From Chlorobiaceae bacterium (GTDB taxonomy: Bacteria > Bacteroidota > Ignavibacteria > UBA10030 > SZUA-254), in assembly GCA_013824245.1 (NCBI GenBank), contig PNNN01000011.1, positions 43,396 to 107,395 on the forward strand: a stretch of DNA of 64,000 bases. The letters are read 5' to 3'. This document shows positions 29,585-38,524 of this stretch, piece after piece (position 1 is the first letter of the stretch; every line of letters begins with the position of its first letter). The translations under genes were made by a program, and so were the position numbers. The notes below the pieces were generated by a model that saw only the letters and a list, made by a program, of their open reading frames with translations, was not told the origin of the DNA and did not search any database.

Positions 29585-30460
29585 TTGGATACCACTGAGC
29601 TAATAAAAAAAGTCCGAAAGATCGAGATCCGAACAAAAGGTTTGGTAAATCAAATCTTTTCAGGTGAATACCATAGCGTGTTCAAAGGAAGAGGTATGTC
29701 TTTCAGCGAAGTGCGAGAATATCAGTTCGGTGATGATATACGCACAATTGACTGGAACGTGTCGGCTCGTTTCAATCATCCATATGTGAAGATATACGAA
29801 GAAGAGCGCGAACTTACCGTCATGCTAGTGGTCGATGTCAGCGGTTCGGGTGAGTTTGGCACTGTCCGTCAGATGAAGAAAGATATTGCCGCTGAGCTTT
29901 GTGCTGTGCTTGCGTTTTCTGCGCTTCAAAACAACGATAAGGTAGGAGTAATTTTCTTCAGCGATATCATTGAAAAATTTATTCCCCCTAAAAAAGGGAG
30001 AACCCATGTGCTTCGAATCGTACGCGAGCTTCTTGATTTTCAACCTTCTAATCGCGGGACCAAAATCTCCGAGGGCTTACGTTATCTCACAAGCGCGATT
30101 AAGAAAAGAAGTATTGCATTCTTAATTTCCGATTTTCTTGACGAAGGATATGATGACGCGCTCAAAATCGCCGCGCGCAAACACGATCTTATCGGTATCA
30201 GACTGTTCGATCCTCGTGAATCAAATATGGCGCGCGTTGGATTGATGAGAGTTGTTGACGCTGAGACTGGCGAGTCGGTTTGGGTAGATACATCTGACCG
30301 CAGGGTTATTCAGAGATATGAAAGATGGTGGAGTGATCGTCAGGTAGAACGCATTAAACTATTTCGCCGCAGCGGAGTGGATGGAATAGATATTCGTATC
30401 GATCAATCTTATATAAATCCATTGATGAATTTCTTCAAAGCGAGGGAGAAGAGATGGTAG
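29585..30460 (+). CDS. DUF58 domain protein (Bat operon)
   Basis: EYHSVFKGRGMSFSEVREYQFGDDIRTIDWNVSAR is the DUF58 signature, followed by a vWA-like fold. Confidence 0.85.
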   Translation: MDTTELIKKVRKIEIRTKGLVNQIFSGEYHSVFKGRGMSFSEVREYQFGDDIRTIDWNVSARFNHPYVKIYEEERELTVMLVVDVSGSGEFGTVRQMKKDIAAELCAVLAFSALQNNDKVGVIFFSDIIEKFIPPKKGRTHVLRIVRELLDFQPSNRGTKISEGLRYLTSAIKKRSIAFLISDFLDEGYDDALKIAARKHDLIGIRLFDPRESNMARVGLMRVVDAETGESVWVDTSDRRVIQRYERWWSDRQVERIKLFRRSGVDGIDIRIDQSYINPLMNFFKAREKRW

Positions 30461-31518
30461 ATAAAATGAAATCCGAAATCCGAAATCCGAAATCCGAAAT
30501 CAAAACTTCGGTTAGAATTTGGAATTATAAAAATTCCGATTTATTTCGGAATTCGATATTCGTATTTAGGGTTTTATTAGTTGTTAGTTTCATAATTCTA
30601 TCAAATCTGTTCTGTTATTCTCAGGATGTAAGAGCTACTGCGAAGGTCGATTCCAACCATATCATGATCGGTGATTGGTTCAAACTTCATATTGAAGTTG
30701 AGCATCCAAGTAATGTTACTCTGTCGATCCCGCCATTGCCCGATTCATTGAACGGTTTTGAAATTGTTAAGCGCGAAGAACCTGTAATAAAACAAATCGA
30801 TCAGCGAACACAAAAGATTCAGGATTTTATCGTTACATCATTTGATTCTGGAATTCATATTATTCCCGCAATCGTTGTTCACTATACACGGGCAGGTGAT
30901 ACTACCAAATATTTGATCGAAACATCACCCATCATTATGAATGTTGGAACCGTTGCCGTCGATACTTCTCAAGATATAAAAGACGTTAAGCCGCCTCTAT
31001 CGGTTCCAATTACGTTTGCCGATATACTTCCATATCTGCTTGTACTCATTGGAGTTGGAGGAGTAATATGGCTTACACGATATGTTATAAGAAAACGTAA
31101 ACGAGGTGAACCATTAATTCCCGAAGCGCCATCACGACCCGCAAACGAGTTAGCTATTGAAGCATTACGCTCTCTCGAATCTGAAAAACTTTGGCAGCGT
31201 GGTAAATTGAAAGACTTTCATTCTCAACTTACAGATATTGTTCGTTTGTACATTGAAAGGCGATTCAAGATACTCGCGATGGAATCGACAACTGATGAAA
31301 TATTGGATGCTTTCGGAAAAGAGACTATTAAGAACAATTCCAAAGATGAATTAAAAGAAATATTGATACGTGCCGATCTTGTCAAGTTCGCAAAGTTTCA
31401 ACCGGTTGCCGAGGAGAACGAGAAAAGTTTAGCGCTGGGATATAAATTTGTTGAAGATACCTGGCAAGAAAAAGTAGAACCTATTCAAATGAAATCAACG
31501 GAAGAGGTAACAGCGTGA
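30454..31518 (+). CDS. hypothetical membrane protein of the Bat operon
   Basis: It sits at the conserved position between the DUF58 gene and batA. It has a signal/TM segment and a second TM helix mid-protein. The 5' end contains the (GAAATCC)n heptad array. Confidence 0.5.
   Translation: MVDKMKSEIRNPKSEIKTSVRIWNYKNSDLFRNSIFVFRVLLVVSFIILSNLFCYSQDVRATAKVDSNHIMIGDWFKLHIEVEHPSNVTLSIPPLPDSLNGFEIVKREEPVIKQIDQRTQKIQDFIVTSFDSGIHIIPAIVVHYTRAGDTTKYLIETSPIIMNVGTVAVDTSQDIKDVKPPLSVPITFADILPYLLVLIGVGGVIWLTRYVIRKRKRGEPLIPEAPSRPANELAIEALRSLESEKLWQRGKLKDFHSQLTDIVRLYIERRFKILAMESTTDEILDAFGKETIKNNSKDELKEILIRADLVKFAKFQPVAEENEKSLALGYKFVEDTWQEKVEPIQMKSTEEVTA
30468..30501 (+). repeat. (GAAATCC) x about 4.9 tandem heptanucleotide repeat
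   Basis: Perfect tandem copies immediately after the DUF58 stop and inside the annotated 5' end of the next ORF. Confidence 0.9.
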
Positions 31519-32498
31519 CTTTTGCCAATCCTGAATATTTCTACTTGCTTCTTTTCTTGCCGCTGATGATATACTGGTATTGGAAGAAACAAGAGCAGCA
31601 AATTGTAGAATTACAGGTATCTACGATAAAAGTATTCCAAACCGTACCAAGGAGCTGGCGCCAGCGTTTTCGCCATCTTTTATTTTTATTCAGAGTTTTG
31701 ACTATTGTCTTTCTAACGGTCGCCCTTGCGAGACCTCAATCGACATCGAAAGGTGAAAATGTTTCGACGGAAGGAATTGATATCGTATTGGTCAACGATA
31801 TATCGGGAAGTATGCTTGCAGAAGATTTTAGACCCAATCGAATTGAAGCGGCAAAGAAAACAGCTATCGATTTTATAGATGGACGCCTTACAGATAGAAT
31901 TGCTCTCGTGGTTTTTTCAGGGGAAAGTTTTACTCAATGCCCGTTAACGCTTGACCATGCAGTTCTTAAAAGTTTACTTTCTGAAATTAAAAGCGGAATG
32001 ATTGAAGATGGCACCGCGATAGGAATGGGATTAGCCACGGCTGTCAGTCGGCTTAAAGACAGCAAAGCAAAAAGCAAAGTGATCGTTCTTCTGACCGACG
32101 GAATAAATAACAAAGGTTTTATTGATCCGATGACCGCTGCGGGAATTGCACAAGAGTTCTGCATCCGCGTTTACACAATCGGTGTTGGGACAATCGGAAT
32201 GGCGCCGTATCCGGTACAAACACCTTTCGGAACACAGTATCAAAACGTTCCGGTCGAAATTGATGAAAAATTACTGCAGCAGATTGCCGATCAGACAGGT
32301 GGAAAATACTATCGCGCAACAGATAATAAAAAATTAAAAGCCATTTACGATGAAATTGATCGGCTTGAAAAAACGAAGATTGAAGTAACTCAATTCCGGC
32401 GGCATAAAGAAGAATATTATACCGCTGCATTTTTTGCAATATTGTTTTTATTTTTAGAATTAATTTTTTCACAAACTATTTTTAGAAAGATACCTTGA
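31515..32498 (+). CDS. batA: BatA (vWA domain membrane protein)
   Basis: N-terminal TM helices. The vWA MIDAS motif is DISGSM...TAIG...LLTDG. Confidence 0.8.
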   Translation: MTFANPEYFYLLLFLPLMIYWYWKKQEQQIVELQVSTIKVFQTVPRSWRQRFRHLLFLFRVLTIVFLTVALARPQSTSKGENVSTEGIDIVLVNDISGSMLAEDFRPNRIEAAKKTAIDFIDGRLTDRIALVVFSGESFTQCPLTLDHAVLKSLLSEIKSGMIEDGTAIGMGLATAVSRLKDSKAKSKVIVLLTDGINNKGFIDPMTAAGIAQEFCIRVYTIGVGTIGMAPYPVQTPFGTQYQNVPVEIDEKLLQQIADQTGGKYYRATDNKKLKAIYDEIDRLEKTKIEVTQFRRHKEEYYTAAFFAILFLFLELIFSQTIFRKIP

Positions 32499-32666
32499 CA
32501 CCATCCCTGGGGCTGACTAAAATGTTCTCTCGATGCACGATTTCTCTGAAATCGTACTTGAGAACCGGCATACGTAGCTGGTTTTCGAGTGTTCTTCGAC
32601 GACAAGTCGAAGAATGTAACGAGAAAACAAACTTATTGGTCAACCCCAGCCGGAGGTGAGGTCATT

Positions 32667-33704
32667 ATGATTCGTTTCGCACATACCGGATACCTGTACG
32701 CGCTCGCACTTTTACCTGTGATTCTTGTTATATTCTACTGGTCGCTGAGAATGCGGAAGAAAAATTTAGAACGATTCGGCAATCTTTCGTTGCTGGATAA
32801 TCTGATGCCGGCAATCAGTAAGTACAAAAAATCGACAAAATTCTTTACAGCTTTTATCGCGTTCGCATTTATTATTTTTGGCATCGCTAATCCTCAAATC
32901 GGAACCAAGATGGAAGAAGTTAAACGCGCGGGTGTGGATATCATGATTGCGTTGGACGTTTCCAACAGCATGAAAGCGGAAGACATCAAACCAAACCGAC
33001 TTGAAAGCGCGAAGCAAGAAATATCGCACATGCTTGATAAATTTCAGAACGATCGTCTCGGATTGATTGTCTTTGCTGGAGACAGTTATCTTCAATTACC
33101 TCTTACTACCGATTACTCAGCCGCACGTCTCATACTTAGCACTATCGATGTGGATGTTGTTCCCATTCCGGGAACAGCCATCGGATCGGCGATTAAGCTT
33201 GCGATGAAATCGTTCGCTTCGGGTGAGAAGAAGCATAAAGTGATTATCATTATTTCCGACGGCGAAAATCATGAAGACGATGCCATAACAGCCGCGAAAG
33301 ATGCGTTGGAGGATGGAGTTGTTGTTCACACTGTCGGCATGGGATCGCCCGATGGAGTGCCGATTCCGGTTTACCAGAACGGAATTCAGGTAGGGTTTAG
33401 AAAAGATCAGGATGGGAATACAGTTGTAACCAAACTTGATGAGCAGGCGTTAAGGCAAATAGCCGAAGCCGGTGGCGGAATGTATATCAGGGCAACAAAT
33501 CAGCAAGATGAGCTTGACACGATTTTCAAAGATATACAAACGATGGAGAAGAAAGAGTTCGGCGCAAAAATTTTTACGGAATATGAAGACAGGTTCCAGT
33601 ATTTTCTTGGAATCGCTCTGCTATTATTGTTAATTGAATATTTTATATCGGAACGCAAAAACCGATGGTTCGCAAAATGGAAATTCTTCAAAGAACGAAA
33701 ATGA
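32667..33704 (+). CDS. batB: BatB (vWA domain membrane protein)
   Basis: MIRFAHTGYLYALALLPV start follows a GGAGGTGAGG RBS. MIDAS motif: DVSNSM...TAIG...IIISDGENH. Confidence 0.8.
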   Translation: MIRFAHTGYLYALALLPVILVIFYWSLRMRKKNLERFGNLSLLDNLMPAISKYKKSTKFFTAFIAFAFIIFGIANPQIGTKMEEVKRAGVDIMIALDVSNSMKAEDIKPNRLESAKQEISHMLDKFQNDRLGLIVFAGDSYLQLPLTTDYSAARLILSTIDVDVVPIPGTAIGSAIKLAMKSFASGEKKHKVIIIISDGENHEDDAITAAKDALEDGVVVHTVGMGSPDGVPIPVYQNGIQVGFRKDQDGNTVVTKLDEQALRQIAEAGGGMYIRATNQQDELDTIFKDIQTMEKKEFGAKIFTEYEDRFQYFLGIALLLLLIEYFISERKNRWFAKWKFFKERK

Positions 33705-34405
33705 AAATATTTATTACATTAATTATATTACTACTATCGATTGGTGGGATGAACGCCCAGTCGGAACGCTCCTTAATCCGCGAAGGGAACCAATTGTATA
33801 AAAAGGATAAATATTCCGATGCTGAGATAAGTTACCGAAAAGCGCTTGAGAAAAATAAAGAATTAAAGCAGGGAGCGTTCAATCTTGGAGACGCGTTATA
33901 CAAACAAGAAAGATATGGTGAAGCCGCGGAACAATACAGGATTGCCGCTCAAAATCATAAAGATGAAGAAACAAAAGCACAAGCGCTCCATAATCTTGGA
34001 AATGCTTTGGTAAAAGAACAAAAATTTCCCGACGGTATTGCGGCATATAAAGAAGCCCTCAAAATGAATCCAAAAGATATAGACACCAAGTACAACCTTG
34101 AGTATGCTAAGCGGATGCTTCAGCAGCAACAACAACAACAAAAACAACAAAAACAGGATCAAAAGAAAGATCAGAAGCAGGACAAAAAAGAGGAGCAGAA
34201 GCAAGATCAGCAAAATCAAGATCAACAACAACAAAAAGATAAACAAGATCAGCAGAAACAACAGCAAGCCCAGCAGAAAAAGCAACAGATATCAAAGCAG
34301 GATGCTGAAAGAATTCTCGAAGCTCTAAAAAACGAAGAAAAAGATGTTCAGAAAAAATTGAAAAAGAAAGCCCCAGCCAAAGTGCGAGTTGAAAAGGATT
34401 GGTAA
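33701..34405 (+). CDS. batC: BatC (TPR protein with Q/K-rich low-complexity tail)
   Basis: ATGA overlap with the batB stop. It has a signal peptide, TPR repeats, then a QQQQQQKQQKQDQKKDQK... region. Confidence 0.7.
   Translation: MKIFITLIILLLSIGGMNAQSERSLIREGNQLYKKDKYSDAEISYRKALEKNKELKQGAFNLGDALYKQERYGEAAEQYRIAAQNHKDEETKAQALHNLGNALVKEQKFPDGIAAYKEALKMNPKDIDTKYNLEYAKRMLQQQQQQQKQQKQDQKKDQKQDKKEEQKQDQQNQDQQQQKDKQDQQKQQQAQQKKQQISKQDAERILEALKNEEKDVQKKLKKKAPAKVRVEKDW
34121..34296 (+). repeat. coding simple-sequence region (CAA/CAG/AAA-rich) encoding a Gln/Lys/Asp-rich tract in BatC
   Basis: About 175 bp of cagcagcaacaacaacaacaaaaacaacaaaaacag... Confidence 0.8.
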
Positions 34406-34407
34406 TT

Positions 34408-34493
34408 TGAGATTTCGGATTTCAGATCGTAGATTTCGGATTATATAACAAGAGCCAAAAACAAATGACTAATAACAATTGACGAATGACATA
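34408..34493 (+). repeat. two adjacent heptad arrays: (GATTTCG-like)x5, then (nAnTGAC)x4 ending in the batD ATG
   Basis: GATTTCGGATTTCAGATCGTAGATTTCGGATT ... AAATGAC TAATAAC AATTGAC GAATGAC AT. Confidence 0.7.
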
Positions 34494-36330
34494 TTCTATT
34501 TACATAAAAAAGACTGTATTGTTTTTTATCATTTTATTCTCGATTGCCAAAGTTGCTATTGCCCAAGATGCTTCATTCAATGCTTCGGTGGATAGAAATA
34601 AAATTGGAATGGGAGAGCAGATTGAAGTGACGTTTACACTTAACGGTTCGAGCGGTGGTAGTAATTTTCGTCCGCCGTCGTTCAACGATTTCCAGACACT
34701 CTCGGGTCCTAATCAATCCACCAATATGCAGTTTATCAATGGTGCAATGTCGGCGTCGGTTTCATACAGTTATATATTGCAACCACGAGCTGAAGGTAAA
34801 TTTGTTATCGGTCCCGCATTTATCAATCACAACGGGAAACAACTTCAAACGCAACCTATCACTATTGAAGTAAGCAAAGGTGCGCCACAGTCCAAAACGC
34901 AATCTCAATCTAAACAATCCCAACAAGATTCTGATATCGGCAAACAGATTGGTGATAATCTGTTTCTCAAAGTATCCATCGATAAATCGCGGGTGTTTCA
35001 GGGAGAGCAGATTACCGCAATTTATAAAATATACACCCGCGTCAATATTGCTAATTATAATCTTTCAAAAGTCCCATCGCTTACCGGATTTTGGAGCGAG
35101 GAACTCGATGTCCCTAAGCAGGTTCAACTTTCTACGGAAGTTGTGAACGGCAAACAATACAGAGTCGGCATTTTAAAAAAGGTTGCTCTCTTTCCGCAAC
35201 GCAGCGGCACGCTTTCAATCGATCCGATGGAGATAGAGTGTGTGGTGCAAGTGCAGGGCAAGCGTCGCTCTAACGATATATTCGATCAGTTTTTCAATGA
35301 TCCTTTCTTCGGCGGTGTTTCTAACGTTAACTATAAGGTGAAAAACCAACCTGTGGCTATTACTGTACTGCCGCTGCCGAATGATAATGTGCCTCCGGGG
35401 TTTTCCGGCGGAGTGGGAAAGTTCACCATGGAAGCATGGCTCGATAAATCTCAAACTAAAACAAATGAACCTGTTACTCTTAAGGTGAAAATATCAGGTA
35501 GAGGAAATCTCAAGCTGCTTGACGCACCGATAATAAATGTATCGACAGATATAGAAAAATATGATCCGAAAAATTCCGACAACATAACCAAGCAAGGCGA
35601 TCAGATCACCGGCAGCCGCACATTTGAGTTTTTATTGATACCGAGACACCCGGGTGAACAAAAAATTCCATCATTCCCGTATACATATTTCGATATAGAA
35701 AAGAAAAATTATGTTACACTGAAAAGCCCTGAATTTACAATCGCGGTAGAAAAAGGGAATGATATTCAATCTGCTTATGCTGCCGGAGTGAGCAAAGAGG
35801 ATGTGAAACTTCTCGGTGAAGATATCAGGTTTATTAAGAGTGGTAATATTTCCATTCATCGAAAAGGAGAGACGTTTACCGGTAGTGTGCTCTTTTTTGT
35901 TCTGTTAGTAAGCCCGATTGTCATATTTACAGGATTTCTTATCTACCTTAAAAGACGCAAGAAAATTTTGGGAAATGTTACACTCGTTAGAAATAGAAAA
36001 GCACAAAAGATTGCACGTAAGCGGCTTGCCGACGCTAAAAAATTTCTTGATGAGAAAAAGAAAGAAGAATTTTATTCCGAAATATCGCGCGCGTTATGGG
36101 GTTATATTGCAGACAAACTCGGGATACCGCCGTCCGATTTGTCTATTGATCTTGTTCGATCATCCCTTGAAAATCATATCATCAACGTAGAAGTGATAAC
36201 GAGATTTGTTAATATAATCGAAATGTGTGAGTTCGCCCGATTTGCCCCTGCAACCGATTCTGTTCAGATGGATCAGGTGTACAAAGAGACCGTTGAATTG
36301 ATCTCAACAATAGAGGAGCAATTGCGATGA
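34486..36330 (+). CDS. batD: BatD (oxygen-tolerance protein)
   Basis: 614 aa with a signal peptide, a large periplasmic domain and a C-terminal TM helix plus cytoplasmic tail. This is the characteristic BatD architecture. Confidence 0.75.
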   Translation: MTYSIYIKKTVLFFIILFSIAKVAIAQDASFNASVDRNKIGMGEQIEVTFTLNGSSGGSNFRPPSFNDFQTLSGPNQSTNMQFINGAMSASVSYSYILQPRAEGKFVIGPAFINHNGKQLQTQPITIEVSKGAPQSKTQSQSKQSQQDSDIGKQIGDNLFLKVSIDKSRVFQGEQITAIYKIYTRVNIANYNLSKVPSLTGFWSEELDVPKQVQLSTEVVNGKQYRVGILKKVALFPQRSGTLSIDPMEIECVVQVQGKRRSNDIFDQFFNDPFFGGVSNVNYKVKNQPVAITVLPLPNDNVPPGFSGGVGKFTMEAWLDKSQTKTNEPVTLKVKISGRGNLKLLDAPIINVSTDIEKYDPKNSDNITKQGDQITGSRTFEFLLIPRHPGEQKIPSFPYTYFDIEKKNYVTLKSPEFTIAVEKGNDIQSAYAAGVSKEDVKLLGEDIRFIKSGNISIHRKGETFTGSVLFFVLLVSPIVIFTGFLIYLKRRKKILGNVTLVRNRKAQKIARKRLADAKKFLDEKKKEEFYSEISRALWGYIADKLGIPPSDLSIDLVRSSLENHIINVEVITRFVNIIEMCEFARFAPATDSVQMDQVYKETVELISTIEEQLR

Positions 36331-37079
36331 AAAAGTATTCAATCGTATTTTTACTTCTATTAAGTTGTGTCGTATTTGCGCAGGAAGCATCACGTCAATT
36401 CGAACAGGCAAATCAACTTTATCGTAACGGTGAATACGAAAAGGCATCACAGTTGTATCAGCAGGTTATTAAGAATGGATTTGAAAGCGCAAAGTTGTAT
36501 TACAATCTGGGCAACGCATATTTTAAGATGGGAGATATTCCCGCTTCCATCCTGAATTATGAACGCGCAAAAAAAATATCACCCAACGACGAAGATATAA
36601 ATTACAACCTGCGTCTTGTGAATCTCCGGGTTGTTGATAAGATTGAACCGATCCCACGATTATTTTTTCTGAATTGGTGGTTATCATTTATCAGTTTATA
36701 TTCTTCAAATGGTTGGTCAACAATCGGAATAATTTTGCTTTGGATATCTGCCGTAACCGGTATCATGATTTTCGTTGTAAAAGTGATCACCTTTCAACGA
36801 TTGCTATTTTTCTTAACTCTCGTCTTGATTGCTTTAACCGTTTCAGCTTTCACCGGGGCATACAAACAAAATGAAATTGAAAACAGCGATGAAATAGCGA
36901 TTGTTTTTACGCAAACTGTTTCAGTAAAAAGCGCACCTGATAATCAAAGCACCGATCTTTTCGTACTGCATGAAGGTGTAAAAGTAGAATTTCTCGATGC
37001 TGTTGGTGATTGGCGCAAAATCCGTCTTGCTGATGGTAAAATCGGCTGGCTGTTGCTGAAAGATGTTCAGATAATCTAA
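36327..37079 (+). CDS. batE: BatE (TPR plus SH3-like C-terminal domain)
   Basis: Signal peptide, TPR repeats, a TM segment and a C-terminal SH3b-like region (GDWRKIRLADGKIGWL). Confidence 0.65.
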   Translation: MKKYSIVFLLLLSCVVFAQEASRQFEQANQLYRNGEYEKASQLYQQVIKNGFESAKLYYNLGNAYFKMGDIPASILNYERAKKISPNDEDINYNLRLVNLRVVDKIEPIPRLFFLNWWLSFISLYSSNGWSTIGIILLWISAVTGIMIFVVKVITFQRLLFFLTLVLIALTVSAFTGAYKQNEIENSDEIAIVFTQTVSVKSAPDNQSTDLFVLHEGVKVEFLDAVGDWRKIRLADGKIGWLLLKDVQII

Positions 37080-37513
37080 TTTTTAGTTTTCTCGACCGAA
37101 TTATAATTGAAGATTCATTTCCGAAAGAATTTATTTACGCTCAGCATATAAAAGCGTATTTAGAGCTTTCTGAAAAATTAGCACAGAGTCACCCTGAACG
37201 TCTCGACTGAGCTTGACGAAGTCTTGTTTCAGGGTCTAAAATTGGATAGATTCCGAAACACCTGCCCGCCGCTTCGCTTTGGCAGGCGGGAGTTTGGAAT
37301 GACTCTAATCTTTTCTAAATATTTCGGATGTTTGATTTAATAAAGATTTTAAGATACTTTAGCCGACAAACTTCATTCTTTTGACTTTAGGGTCTCAATT
37401 TCGTAACTTAAATCCGTAATTCTATTGAAAAACAGTCGAATCGTTGTTGTTAATCCGTCAATTAAGAAAAATGTACCAAGAACAAACAACTAAGAACCAA
37501 TAACCAATAATAA

Positions 37514-38524
37514 ATGACCATATTAGTAACAGGCGGATGCGGATTCATCGGCAGTAATTTTGTTAAGTATATGCTCGAAACTTATCCCGAAGATATAATA
37601 GTGAATTTCGATAAGCTGACATATGCCGGGAATCTTGAGAATTTACAGGATATTGAAAAAAATCCCAAATATCATTTCGTTAAGGGTGATATCTGCAATC
37701 GACTTGAAGTTGAAGATTGTATCAAGAAATTTAATACCGATGTTATCGTCAATTTCGCCGCGGAATCGCATGTTGATCGAAGTATTTTAGGACCTGCGGT
37801 TTTTATTGAAACAAATATTGCCGGAACAGGAATTCTTTTACAGGTTGCCAAAGAAATCGGCATTAAGAAATTCGTGCAGATTTCAACGGATGAAGTTTAC
37901 GGATCACTCGGCAACGATGGAAAATTCACCGAAACAACACCGCTTCATCCTAACAGTCCGTATTCTGCATCCAAAACATCCGCCGATTTGTTGGCGCTTG
38001 CGTACGAACATACATTTGGATTGCCTGTTGTAATTACACGCTGTTCTAATAATTACGGACCTTATCAATTTCCCGAAAAACTTTTACCGTTGATGATTGC
38101 CAACGCTTTCGATAATAAACCATTGCCTGTTTACGGTGACGGGATGAATATACGAGATTGGCTTTATGTAAAAGATCATTGCATCGCGATCGACGTAGCG
38201 CTTCGCGAAGGGAAAGTTGGAGAAGTTTATAATATCGGCGGTAATAACGAGTGGGCGAATATCAATATCATAAAATTATTATTGAAAATTATTAATAAGC
38301 CCGAGTCGCTTATTAAATATGTGAAAGACCGCCCAGGGCACGATCGTCGGTATGCGATTGATGCTTCGAAGATTGAAAAGGAACTCGGTTGGAAGCCGAG
38401 CGTAACTTTTGAAATCGGTTTGGAAAAAACTATAAAGTGGTACCTTGAAAACGAAAACTGGTGGCGACGAATAATCAGCGGAGAATATCAACAATATTAT
38501 CAGAAATTGTATGGGAACAGATAA
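37514..38524 (+). CDS. rfbB: dTDP-glucose 4,6-dehydratase
   Basis: MTILVTGGCGFIGSNF, YSASK, and an extended SDR with the RfbB signature. Confidence 0.95.
   Translation: MTILVTGGCGFIGSNFVKYMLETYPEDIIVNFDKLTYAGNLENLQDIEKNPKYHFVKGDICNRLEVEDCIKKFNTDVIVNFAAESHVDRSILGPAVFIETNIAGTGILLQVAKEIGIKKFVQISTDEVYGSLGNDGKFTETTPLHPNSPYSASKTSADLLALAYEHTFGLPVVITRCSNNYGPYQFPEKLLPLMIANAFDNKPLPVYGDGMNIRDWLYVKDHCIAIDVALREGKVGEVYNIGGNNEWANINIIKLLLKIINKPESLIKYVKDRPGHDRRYAIDASKIEKELGWKPSVTFEIGLEKTIKWYLENENWWRRIISGEYQQYYQKLYGNR

Noticed and set aside
37080-37513. Structured element considered as SRP RNA/6S RNA/tRNA-like
   Set aside because: It lacks the conserved SRP domain IV motif, is too short for 6S, and has no tRNA T-arm or anticodon architecture. 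It is kept only as an unclassified structured element.
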